NCBI RefSeq assembly: GCF_006345805.1
Contig: NW_021831999.1
Location: 1 to 63,001 of the forward strand
Source: Octopus sinensis
Lineage: Eukaryota
DNA: 63,001 bases
Direction: 5' to 3'
Numbering within the stretch: the first letter of the stretch is position 1; each line of letters starts with the position of its first letter. The notes under the pieces were generated by a model. It did no database searches and was not told the origin of the DNA. It saw nothing but the letters and a program-made list of their open reading frames with translations. Shown here in pieces: positions 50,929-63,001 of the stretch. The translations under genes and the position numbers were made by a program.

Positions 50929-51875
50929 GGGGAGAGAACAAGAAGGATATCAAATGTAAGAGAAATGATTTGGAAGGAATAATGTTTTGAGTTTCTGTGT
51001 GTGCATGTATGTGTTGTGTGTGCCTGTGTATGTGTTGTGTGTGCCTGTGTATATGTTTTTGTGTATGTGCGTGTGTATGTGAGGATGTGTGTAAGGTTAT
51101 ATGCATATATATTGTGTGTGTGTGTGTGTGTGTGTGAATGTCTCTCTGTTTATATCGAGGGATATAGAAAGATAAAGAATGTGTGTGTGAGAGTGATTTG
51201 TGTGAAAAATAAAAGAGTCGGATATATAGGCAGTTTGGCTGCACGGTGCAGAATGCAAGAGAGAAAAAGTGAGTGAGTGAGGGAGAGAGAAGGAGAAGGA
51301 GAGAGAAGGGAGAGAGGCAGAGAGAGAGAGAGAGAAAGAGAGGAAGAGAGAGGCAGAAAGAGAGAGAAAGAGAGAGAGAGCGTTTATGAAAGGGGAGAAA
51401 GAGAGTGTGTGTGTATATGAAAGAGAGAAAAAGTGGAGAGAAAGAGAGAGAGAGAGTGAGAGTGAGATTTTGAGAGTAAGTTATTGAAGACAAGATGCGC
51501 TTGGTGGAAAATAAGAGAGAGAATAAGAAACAGGAGTGATAAAGAGAGAGAGAGAGAGGGAGGGAGGGAAGGAGAGAGGGGGAATGAGTGGAAAGGAATA
51601 AAAGAAAGAGTCAGAGAGAAGGAATGAAAAACAGGACGAGATAGGAAGTGAGTGAGAGAAAGAGAAAAAGAATCAATTAGATAGGAAAACAAAATGATTT
51701 GGAACGAGCATGAAAGTGTGATACGAATAGATAGAAATGATGAGAATCAAGGCAATGTCAAAAAAAAAAGCTCTGTGCAAAAATATAGAAAAAAAAATTT
51801 AAGAGAGAGGGGAGGGGGAGGGGGTAGAGATAGATAGATAGCGATAGAAAGAGAGAGAGATAAAGAGAGACAGAT

Positions 51876-51928
<53 letters not shown>

Positions 51929-52010
51929 GAGAGAGTGTATGTGTCTGTGTCTGTGTAAGAAAATAAACAGAAAAGAGAAAGTGAAAGTGCGAGAGAGAGA
52001 AAGCAAGGCG
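50870..52010. repeat. ~1.1-kb purine-rich (GA)/(GT) compound low-complexity region
   Basis: Direct reading. Confidence 0.9.
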
Positions 52011-52831
52011 GGAACAGAGCAACAAGTAAGTGACGAAAATAGAGAATAATGTTCTAATTACAGCAAATTCCTGTTACATTAATTCCTTAATTCATATTGG
52101 GAATATATTGTGAATTCAACATATTTGTTAATTTTTCTCTTGCTTAGATAAAGAAAGGAATAAAACGATCTTGCAAATGTTATTATATGATTCTATTCTC
52201 AGTAATTTTGGCACTACATTTCGAGTATACGTTATTTAATTCTGAACCAGTTGGAATTTTACACACAAAAAAACTTTAGAACAAGGGTTAGCAAAGCGAT
52301 CGATATATACCACCTGTGCAATGAGATTCTAGAGGTCGACTGAATGTTGAAAAAAATTCACAGAGGTCGAAAAATTTTTGTTTCAGATGTTTAAAATTGA
52401 ATTGAAATAGGATTTAAATACGAAAAAGCGTATAGTAGCCATTTTTGTGTCATTAACATACGAACGAAAGTTCTCGCAATTTCTTTTTATTAATAGCGTA
52501 GCAGTGACTGTATTTTAGCTTTAGTTAAAGCTACGGCTTCAAAGCTGCCCAGAGTTGCTTCTCTTCGGTATTTCCAATTGATAATGGCTAAAGAGCTAGA
52601 AACGCTACGTCTAGGAATCCAATAGAGAGCAACACTGGACAGATATGGTCTTTTCACACCTTTTACCGTAAGAGAGAATTTTTTCTCAACGGTAACTAAA
52701 GTGAACTTGCCTTTCGAAGTTCAAATATGTTACAGGCATACCTTGACTGACGTGGGGTTCGCTTATGCCTAAGCGAAACTTATGCCAAGCCAACCCCTGC
52801 TTGGTGCCTCTGATACTGCAGACGCTTATTA

Positions 52832-52866
<35 letters not shown>

Positions 52867-53461
52867 TTAATTGTCAAAACCTATTTACTTCTTTGCTCTC
52901 TCGCTGGCGTCACCAATGAGAGAGCTGAGAAATAAATAGGTTTTGAGAATTATATATATACATAAGCATATATGCTTATATATATATTCGTTACCTCATA
53001 ACAGTTGTATAAATGAAAATCCCCCTACAGACGATACACACGATAGAACCCCCTCCACGTTAACGCAGTCAATTAAAAACAGTATTATCCATATCTTGAA
53101 TGAGAAACTTAAAGCCAGAAAATTTTCTTTCGGAAACATGATTAAAAAAACAACTACAAGGTAGATATTTATGAGCGATGGTTAAATTCAACTTCCATAA
53201 TCTTATCTCGTAAATTTCAAATTAAACTAATACCAAACGAGCAGACTAACAACGACAATTAAGGGAGAAACTAGCATCGAACTCCTTAAACTTTGAGCGT
53301 TAAGCAATGAACAAAAATTTTAAAACATAGATGAGGAAATACATACCGAATTAAGGAAACATTCAGATGGTTAACTCTTGGAGAATGTTTTTAAATTGTG
53401 GAAAACAACATGTGAAACTGAAGAGACCCATTCTCTAGAAGTCTGGGAAAGACAAGACAAG

Positions 53462-53565
<104 letters not shown>

Positions 53566-53627
53566 TGATGTATGTATATATATAAAATTTAGAGTGAATA
53601 CTTGATAAGTGTAAGTACCTGTATATG

Positions 53628-53677
<50 letters not shown>

Positions 53678-53679
53678 TA

Positions 53680-53744
<65 letters not shown>

Positions 53745-53863
53745 ACAATTAAGGATAACTTCTTAATAAGGAATCTTAACAAGAAATTATCAGGTAGTTA
53801 GCGTGAAAAACCTCATAAGAGAAAAAAATTCGAAAATAATTTTTTTCTTTTGAAAATATTAAT

Positions 53864-54448
53864 TTATATTGTATAGAGGGCATTATTACACATAAATGCC
53901 TCACACTAAGAGGGACATAAGTCATTACTACCAAAATTTCACTAATCGTATCTAATGCAGTTTTCGAAGCAAGACATTTAAAAAATGAATTTAGTTCTAT
54001 ATCACCTGTGATTTCACACTTAACGCATCAAATACGTCTATGATCATCAGTAGAACTGATTCTGAACACATCATAAATAAACGATCAATATACCTGGCGA
54101 AGTCGAACAGACATCTGCTCTCTCCGGCGAAGCACATGGAAATGTTTATAAATCATATATTCGGTAAATGGCGGGCTTTCTCGAACTTCGCCGGAGAGAG
54201 CAGATGTCTGTTCGACTTCGCCAGGTATATTGAACGTTTATTTATGATATGTTCAGAATCAGTTCTACTGATGATCATAGACGTATTTGATGCGTTAAGT
54301 GTGAAATCACAGGTGATATAGAACTAAATTCAATTTTTAAATGTCTTGCTTCGAAAACTGCATTAGGTACGATTAGTGAAATTTTGGTAGTAATGACTTA
54401 TGTCCCTCTTAGTGTGAGGCATTTATGTGTAATAATGCCCTCTATACA

Positions 54449-54454
<6 letters not shown>
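53864..54454. repeat. Near-perfect palindrome, 269-bp arms with 53-bp spacer (foldback/MITE-like)
   Basis: 53864-54132 versus 54186-54454; four mismatches found by eye. Confidence 0.95.
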
Positions 54455-54529
<75 letters not shown>

Positions 54530-55329
54530 GTGTGTATATATATATATATATTTATGATGTATATATATAAATATATATGTATATATATGTGTGTGTTCCT
54601 ATATATACATTCATATATATAGGTATACTTATAGGCATTAGTTAAGAAGAGAGAAAGGAAGAGTTAAGCGAAAGAATTAAAATACCAGAAGGCAGGAGAA
54701 GCTATATGTGACCAAAATGACGCTAGCCGTTAATTTTGAGAGGAAGAACGTAGAATTGTGATTATTGTAAATTTTTATCAAAAGTAAATAATAGTTCAGT
54801 AGTTAACCATAGAAAGATCATTTCTGATATCGACTGCATATTAATAATCATTCTTTAAAGAATATTTCATTGCATTTTCTGGATTATTTTACTCTTATTT
54901 CTTCTATTTTCTCTCTTTTCTTTTAACCACTTGCAATATAACTAAACTTGCACACACACAGAGGCATACAGACGCACACATAGACACACACAAACACACA
55001 CAGACGCACACACTCACACATAAATACATACACACGTCTATCTATCTATATATACACACATACACACGTATATATATATATATACTATATTATATCATAT
55101 TATTCTGATGATATATATATATAAATTTCAGAATTAGATAAAAATCAATTTCTGGACACTTGACTATTTAATATCCTACTACTATCATAGCACTCCCGCA
55201 TTCTTCTTCTTCTTCCTTTCTGCCAAGAATTCACAACAACCTCGAACCCACAAGAGTAAACAAAAGAGACAGAGACAAGCAGAAACAAAGAAAATGCCTC
55301 TTGTATTTGAATACTATACAAATATTCTT

Positions 55330-55490
55330 TGAAACAAACTTTTCATTTAATTATTTCCAAAATTGAATTTTTTTCAAATTTCAACTGTTTTCCATGCTTA
55401 CAGCTGAAGAAGCCTCAATGAATGACGCTGGTACTGAAATGTTTTTTATAAAATTATTTTAGCACTTTTTATCTTGAGTTTTTCCATATA
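55330..55490 (+). mobile_element. Decayed pLTR with hammerhead remnant
   Basis: CTGAAGA-AG at 55404-55412 and GAAATGTT at ~55437-55444; stem I broken. Confidence 0.35.
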
Positions 55491-55499
55491 TATATATGG

Positions 55500-55680
55500 T
55501 TGAAATTTGCAGAAAAACAAAAGACGAAGTCAGGTGTATGAATAACAAGCAAGCGTATTAGTTTGACGCTTGGGAAAGTGAGAAACTCTTTTACGTTTCG
55601 AGCCTATGCTCTTCAACAGAAAGAAATATGAGAAAATAAACAGAGAGATAATAAAAAAAACTTGTGGATTTAGCGATTAC
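55500..55680 (-). mobile_element. Solo pLTR with hammerhead-like motif (55587-55624), core CUGUUGA
   Basis: TCTTT/AAAGA stem I; CTGTTGA-A; GAGC atag GCTC; GAAA CG TA. Confidence 0.7.
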
Positions 55681-55708
55681 ATACATGTATGAATTATTAT
55701 ATATATAT

Positions 55709-55762
<54 letters not shown>

Positions 55763-55769
55763 ATATTAA

Positions 55770-58200
55770 TTAGAGACAAAACCACTCTTTTGCAAATCAA
55801 ACAAAGAAAGACTTAATCCAATACATAAAAAAAATTTAATATAAATTAAATAAAATTAAATAAAATTATATTCGCCACTACAATTGTTTCATTCTCTTCT
55901 CAGGACATTCATCAGGTGGATTTCAGATCAGACTCAATATTCCATAAACAGTATATATATTAATATACATTAATAAGAAATTAATTAATACAAAGAAATA
56001 CCATATATAGCCTAACCATAATTAAAACCTAAACTACATAACTAAAGTAATTATAAAGTACTCTAAACACTTGAAATTATATACTAGAATAACCTTTAAT
56101 AGGGAGCTATTAATGTTATTAAATAGTTATTAATCCTGAAACTTATTATATAGGTAAAGTAACTTATGTCTGCATTTTATTTTGCGCTCTTCACCTGTGT
56201 TAAGTAAATTATCATACTTATAAAATAAAATTTCTTTAAACTCATTAGAGCATAAATAACAAAAATTCGCTCCTATAGTATATGATTTGGTTTTACAAAT
56301 TATTTCCCAGGATAAATTATAATTAATATTTTGTGATTTAAGTCTCCTAATGTACTTGCTAAGTCCAGTGGACTGATTAAGTTTTTATTTTTAAAAGTAT
56401 TCATATGTTGTGCTATTCTTAATTTTATTTTAGAGGAAGTAGACCCTATATAAATCGCTTTTGGGTAATTATTATTCTTAAAGTTATTATCATGTAATGT
56501 AACTATACATTTATACACTACATCATTAATATCGCATTTATTATTTAATTTACATTTAGATTTATCTCTACAAGTACAATTAATATATGTCTTATCTTTA
56601 TTAGTATAATTAAATAAATTATTTTTATAAAAATTATTCAGTTTAAATTTATTAAATGAAGAAATAATGTTACCTACATTATTAGTGGTGGAATAACCTA
56701 CTCCAAAATTATTACTAGAGAAAATGTTTTTATATTTACGATTATAACGAATAAATAGTTCGATAATATCTAAAATCTCTTTAATAATATTCGTTTTTAC
56801 TTGATCACCGTAAGGAACTATTAACCAAATTTTATTCTTATTTACCTTATTATTATAACTGTCATTATTATTATTATTATTGTATTTATAATTCTTTATC
56901 ATATTAAAATTATTATCAGAATTATATCTATGTACAGCAATTAATGAATTATTAATATTATTAATTTTATCAATATTATTATTATTATTAATATTATTTT
57001 TATTTTTATTATTCATATTTTTATTTTTATTATTATTATTATTATTTTTATTTTTATTATAATTTTTATTAAAATTTCTAATATTTTTACCACTAATACT
57101 AACAAAATTATAATTATAATTATAGTTATCTCTAAAATTATTAGTTATATCTTTAACATTAATATTATAAAATTTAATATTCTTATTATAACCTGCCTCT
57201 CTAAGGGCCTCATTATAATAAGTAGCATGTTTATTAAAAATCTCTAAATCATAAGAGAGTAATGAAATACGTTTACTTATATTATTAATCAACGATTTTT
57301 TAATAGAATGTGGGTGATTACTATTAACATTTATATATCTAAGGTTCTCATTAATTTTATGGTTGTGTTTTACCTGTAATTAGATTAAAATTAAATCTAA
57401 ATAATTAACATTATAATTCTCCTTATATATAGTAATACTTAAACCATATCTTTTAAAGAAACTATAAAGTTTTTTCTTATATCTTCTAGATCCTATTAGT
57501 ACAATCTTTGTAATTAGTAGAAGATCATCTCTATATAAACCACCCTCAATCTTAAGATTTTCTAATTGGAGTTCAGATAAAAGATAAATACCCTACTAAA
57601 TCTGTAGCTTGTGCAGAATCTGGTGCTCCCATAGGTATATCAAAACAATCCCTAGTATCTTTCCTAGCCCATAATTTATTTTTATATTTAATGAGCGATT
57701 TTCCTAGCCATTTTAATTACATTAACTTCTTCAAATGTCATTCCCACTTTATTCATTGCGAAATAAGGGCCCTTATTAAACACAATTTCATTAATAGAAG
57801 AAATAATAATTATCTATATCTATTTGAATAAATTTATAGCGATTTTTATCTTTAATATTATTAAACCATTTCAATGTATTATTATTACTAAACATAATTT
57901 TAAAATAATTAAGTTTATTTAATTTATTAATATATTTATCTAAAATAAATTTACTTAATTTACCTAGGTCAGATTTACATGGGCAAATTAATCTAACTTT
58001 AGGGTCTGAATAAAAATTATCTTTATGGTCTTTTAGAGTAATTCTGGGGTGCAAAGGTACATAAGGTTCAGTTTTTATTATCCAATTCATATTTTAACAT
58101 TACTAATTTAGAGGCCTTATTATTATTATAAAGTATACTATCTGGAACAATTTTATATTTTTTAATTATTTCTTTCTCTAAAAGTTTATCGTATAATTAA
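55770..58200 (-). mobile_element. Extremely AT-rich PLE with RT, poly-Asn linker, GIY-YIG and pLTR
   Basis: ITLKDHKDNF..PKVRLICPCKSDLGK, FIQIDIDNYY, MGAPDSAQATDLVG, YRDD at 57524-57535, CTCRDKSKCKLNNKC, VVYKCIV..IYIGST; several frameshifts. Confidence 0.95.
55875..55919 (-). ncRNA. Minimal hammerhead ribozyme-like motif, canonical CUGAUGA core
   Basis: CCAC/GTGG stem I; CTGATGA; AT..AT bulged stem II; GAAA CAATTG TA with ACAATTGT palindrome. Confidence 0.7.
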
Positions 58201-58890
58201 CATCTATTTATATATATGTATATATATGTATATATATATATATGTATATATACATATATATATGTCTATATAATGTATACTATATATATATATATGTATA
58301 TATACATGTATTATATATATAATATATCTATATATATTATATATATATTATATATATATATTGATATATACGTATGCATGCTTGTATATATATATATATA
58401 TATTTATGAATCCATTCCATTTGAGTTTTAGTGGTGGTGTATTTGTATTCTTAAGCTACCCAATGTGTTTGTATACTTGGGAACAAACACACACATACAC
58501 ACACATGCACACACATATATGCTTCTATGTATGGTGTATGAGTATGTGGCTGTATATATGTATATTATATAATTATTTTGAAATGAGTCAGCTATTATAA
58601 CGGGAATGTATTTCGCTTCCGCCCATGCAAATTGACAACTTCAATGAAAAGACAAAATGAGAAAGGAAATATTTAGATCAGCATAAAATTGTAATGTAAA
58701 ATATTGTAATATAATTATAGTTTTCATAATTTAAGTCTATCATAACAACATTGTTGAGACTTGTTTATGTATTATTGTATTTATATTGCAGAGATTTATG
58801 ATTTAAATTATAGTTCATTAATTTGACAACGTGTCGGCATTTGATGTTAAGAGGGGAAAAATGTTGCCAATATCTACTTGAATACAAGTC

Positions 58891-59080
58891 GGCGAGCTCG
58901 CAGAATCGTTAGCATGCTAGTGCAAAATGCTTGGCAGCATTTCATTCGTGTCTACGTTCCTACTTCAAATTCCGCAGACGTCGACTTTGCCTTTCATCCT
59001 TTCGGGGTCGGTAAAATAAGTCGACCCCAGTTGAACACTGGGGTCGATGCAATTCATCTATACCTTCCCCACAAACTTTG
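58891..59080 (+). mobile_element. SINE family A copy
   Basis: ggcgagctcgcagaatcgttagc..ctttgcctttcatcctttcggggtcg. Confidence 0.85.
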
Positions 59081-59384
59081 AAACCAGTATTCACTACAAT
59101 ATTTGAAAATTTGTAATTAGTATTCACTACAATATTTGAAAATTTGTTTTACTCCTTCGATCTCTAGCGAGAGATTACTTGTGAAATTGATGCCACGAAG
59201 CCTTTGAATATAAAATATCTCCTTGAGAGGGTAAAAAACCCCCAACAAAGGTGGAAATTATTTAAGACTCACAGGAAACTTTGGGAAACGTCCAACATCC
59301 CCTCTTGCTATTGTAGGAATGAAAGCCTCTTTTAACACATCATTTGACATAATAAAAAGGAATCCCACCAAGGTAAAGTTAAAG

Positions 59385-59630
59385 TTACCTTCTTGAATCA
59401 TGCCGACACATGAGGGCCCGTTTCCTGGTTTCCAAGACGTATAAATTCCTCACCTAGATGGGACACCGGTCTGTCGCAGAATTACTCATTTTTGCCAGCT
59501 GAGTGGACTGGAGCAACGTGGAATTAAATGTTTTGCTCAAGAACCCAACGCGTCGCCCGATTCAGAAATCGAAATCAGTCTTACGATCATGAGTCCAGTG
59601 CCCTTAAATACTATACCACGCACCTCCACA
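59385..59630 (-). mobile_element. tRNA-derived SINE (family C-type head and core, different tail)
   Basis: cagctgagtggactggagcaacgtg..tgctcaagaac..cagaaatcgaaatc..accacgcacctccac. Confidence 0.65.
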
Positions 59631-61854
59631 AACCTATGATTGGAGAGGATATTATTATACCAACTGGAAAAAGAAGTCGTAGACATCGATTGAAGGCAGA
59701 AATATAGGATCTATTCTGAATGGTAAACCCTTCAGTTACAAAGATACGAAACCGTGCGATGATGAAATCACAGAAGATACAGAGACGTTACTTTAAGAAC
59801 TGTCCGAAGTTAGTGCGTATAATCTCATATAACATACAGATACCCATACACACACGTGCGTGTTAACGTTATTTTATATATGTTTGCTAGGTAATCCGAT
59901 TTCACTCTTAGTGGAAATTGATTATTTTGGATTTTGGATTTTAGTTGAAGCTGGAAATATAATCTTTGCAAGTGACGTATACTTTGCATTTAGCTACACA
60001 TTCTAATCAATTACTTAGTTAAAATTTTTGTGCCATATTTTTTGCCCGCCATTTATGCTATTATAGTTATATAATTAAGTTTCTCTGTAACTTTCACTGA
60101 TGCTGTGGGATAGGAATTGATTGTACATGTTTTCAACTAATGATATGCAAATTTTTTTCTTTTCTGAAAATATGATAATTTTATTGGATAACATAATGTC
60201 CTTGATATCAGCATGAGATCGGATTAATTAGTAAACGCATTCGAAATAATTGTAATGATAGCACTAGGAAATCAACACACTCTGTCAATGGAGCTTTAGC
60301 TATATAATAATTAGCTGGTTTAATATTATCGGTTGCAAAAGTCAGGGCAAATTATGTCAATTCGATATTATTGGATTTTATATCTCCATCTCTAAATCGT
60401 TATTCATTGGCGCTTTATAGTTGTCAAAATATACAATACGGCATCTATGACAATTATACAAGAACAACTATGAATGACGAAAAACACACTCCGACAAAAT
60501 CTTTACACTGGTTTGAAATGTAAAATTTACCGATTATTTCGATGTAATCATAGGCTCGTTCGATATGTAATCTATTTAGACTTTATATCCTGGATACACT
60601 TATGAATAAATTCACGACTACAAATGTAAGTTTATATGAAGATGATAGGTTAGCCCTATCATAGCAAGCCAGTGGTCACAAGCTAAAGAAATTTGGAAAA
60701 GATTAATTTGCGTTTATAGATATTTTGGTTTTACAATAATAATATTCACAAATATGAAGCATAGTTAACTTCTTAGACGATACATGCAGTTTAAACAGAG
60801 ATAAGCAAAGAAACAAAATGAAAAGTCTATTAACAAATGAGCCAAACATTGTACAAAGTGTTAGAATATCTAACCTAACCTCAATATTTGATACATCTGT
60901 CCCTTGCTCTTTACTAAAATAACGTAACTAGCATGTACAGATCGTCTCTTGCACTCTAGGTTCAAATTTCACCGAGGACAATTTTATTACTTATTCATTC
61001 AAAGGTTGAAAAATAAAGTGCAAGACAATGAAAAGAGAAGAGCATAGATGAAATTGTGGAGTCTGGGACGAGGTGCCCTGCTGTTCTATTTATTGTGTCG
61101 GGAATTATTCAACGAAACTAATGCTGTATCATGTGTCAGGCCTTGCCTGCCCCTTGGACAACATCGGTAGTGTGAAGGAATCTTGTACACATGGTAACTC
61201 GTATTCGATAAAAAAAAAATACCCTGCCTGGGGGGCCTACGCATGAGAGTGGAATTTTCCGTGTACGTATCTATACTCTCACGAGACATACCAATGCTTC
61301 AGCTACGGATGTGATTAAGTGAAAGTACCTGGAGAGGTACATTTTAAAAATAAAATGTAAATGAATTCCTTTAAACTGAAAATTATAACTTTGAATAAAG
61401 ATTCAAATATATTAGACTAGAAATTGGAAAAAAAAAAAGAAGTAATTCATCAAAATATGTTTCATTCAAAGAAATAGAGGAGAGTTTAGGAGCAGATTAA
61501 TCTTATTGGGCAATCTCAGAGTCTAGCAGAGTAAATTGATACCAAATAATACATTTTTTGAAATTAACAGTCTTGGTTTGTCTTCCACGCTGCAATCGTG
61601 AAAGTTTCAATACACGATCTCAGACGAAATTCCTTGTCTTCAAATTCCAGTACACCTTCGACATTCTAAAAGAGGGTCCTTAATATGTTTACTTTCATAA
61701 ATTCATTGAATTGAGAATTTGTATCTGCGACAGTGTGTGGTCTACTAACATTTCATGTGATAAACATTTGACAAAGTTATAAAATAGAGATAGAGATTTT
61801 GGAATACACTTTGTGTCGTGGTCAACATTGCCCTTTTCACACCAAACTGTGTAA

Positions 61855-62036
61855 AATATTTGCTTAGCGGTATTTCGTCTGTCTTTACGTTCTGAGTTCA
61901 AATTCCGCCGAGGTCGACTTTGTCTATCATCCTTTCGGGATCGATAAATTAAGTACCAGTTGTGTACTGGAGTCGATCCAATCGACTGGCTCCCGCCACT
62001 AAAATTTCGGTCCTTATGCTTAGAGTAGAAAGGAAT
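61855..62036 (+). mobile_element. 5'-truncated SINE family A copy
   Basis: tgcttagcggtatttcgtctgtctttacgttctgagttcaaattccgccgaggtcgac. Confidence 0.85.
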
Positions 62037-63001
62037 ATGTGATCTGAGTCGACGGAGGTTCTGTGAATCATTGATGGAGTCCTTTAGAAGATCTCCTTCA
62101 GATTAATCACGAGAACGAGAGGGAAATTTGAGTTAGTTTTTAAGATTTGGATCTCTGAGAGTGAATTGTAATGTAAAAGTGTAGAATAGCAAGCTGTCAT
62201 TCGCGAATGAATATAGCTTGGTAATATGCACCATGCTTTCGCTATTTTCGGCGCCTATGTATTTGTGAGGAGACGCTGTATCGACCTCCTCAGCGTTAAG
62301 GCAGCTGTACCCAACCTCGTAGCTGATACATATTACAATGGAGTAGACTATAAAGCAACGTGAAATGTGTATTAGTAAAAGACACACTGTGCTGTCTGTT
62401 TTAGGAATTGACCTTATGATCACGAGCCGAACACACTAAAACGCTTGCTTCATTGTATTCCAGTGATACAGTTTTATAAAATTACTGGTGTTATTCATAT
62501 TTTGTTTTGAACTGATTTATAATGCCCAAAAACCGATTATTGCGAATTATTTCTTCCTTACAATATCTATCGAAAAACAAACACATTAAAAGTTCTGCTC
62601 TCCTAACATTCTCTTTAAAAGTAGTACGTCTTGTATATCAAACGACAGTCAATAAATATCAATAAATATATATATTTCATAATCAGTTTTCTTCTAAAAT
62701 AATGGATCGAACTTCCTCAGCTGAGTGACCTTTTACGATTATCTCGAAAAAGCTTCACTCGTCACCGAGTACGAGCGATCAATAGACACTGGGGAATATG
62801 TATAAAATATTATGGCTATCAAATAAATAATGCATATATCAAAATGAAACTGAAAGCCATTCGCTCCACATCTATCTTTTTTAACATGGTTTTTATTAGC
62901 ATCTGCAACAGAAAAGCATTCTGACATCATTCTTAATTTGACGAAGTACTAACTGCACTCTGTAACTGTCTTCTTCTTCTTCTTCTTCTTCTCTTCTTCT
63001 C

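Noticed and set aside
52750-52790. CTGACG ... TTCGCTTA tgcc TAAGCGAAAC
   Set aside because: 8-bp hairpin, but the core is not adjacent to stem II, so the hammerhead topology fails.
59086-59147. 29-bp direct repeat (similar small duplications at 16572-16594 and 26905-26950)
   Set aside because: Two copies with a 4-nt spacer: slippage duplication, not a CRISPR array.

Overview
AT-rich, microsatellite-saturated animal DNA with no recognisable host protein-coding gene, rRNA or intact tRNA. The repeat content is most consistent with an intergenic or intronic stretch of an Octopus-type cephalopod genome; the species call is inference from the repeat families. Most ORFs in the track (YIYI, HTHT, CVCV, LSLS, ERER runs) are microsatellite artefacts. 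Real coding remnants are all from transposons: five to six Penelope-like element (PLE) pieces with RT and/or GIY-YIG domains, two copies of one internally deleted mariner, a Tc1/maT-like deletion derivative, an R4/Dong-type REL endonuclease tail and LINE 3' fragments. Many tRNA-derived SINE copies are present, labelled A, B, C and E here as working names. The most interesting signal is an ecosystem of PLE terminal repeats carrying about ten minimal hammerhead-ribozyme-like motifs. One three-copy family has a non-canonical CUGUNGA core, one motif has a large structured stem II insertion, and one inverted 5' junction fragment begins within 3 nt of a predicted ribozyme cleavage site. Other findings are a SINE concatemer inside one target-site duplication, a SINE nested in inverted orientation in the internal microsatellite of its own family, and a 269-bp-arm near-perfect palindrome. 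Coordinates were read by eye: motif ends are close to exact, ends of degenerate repeats are approximate.
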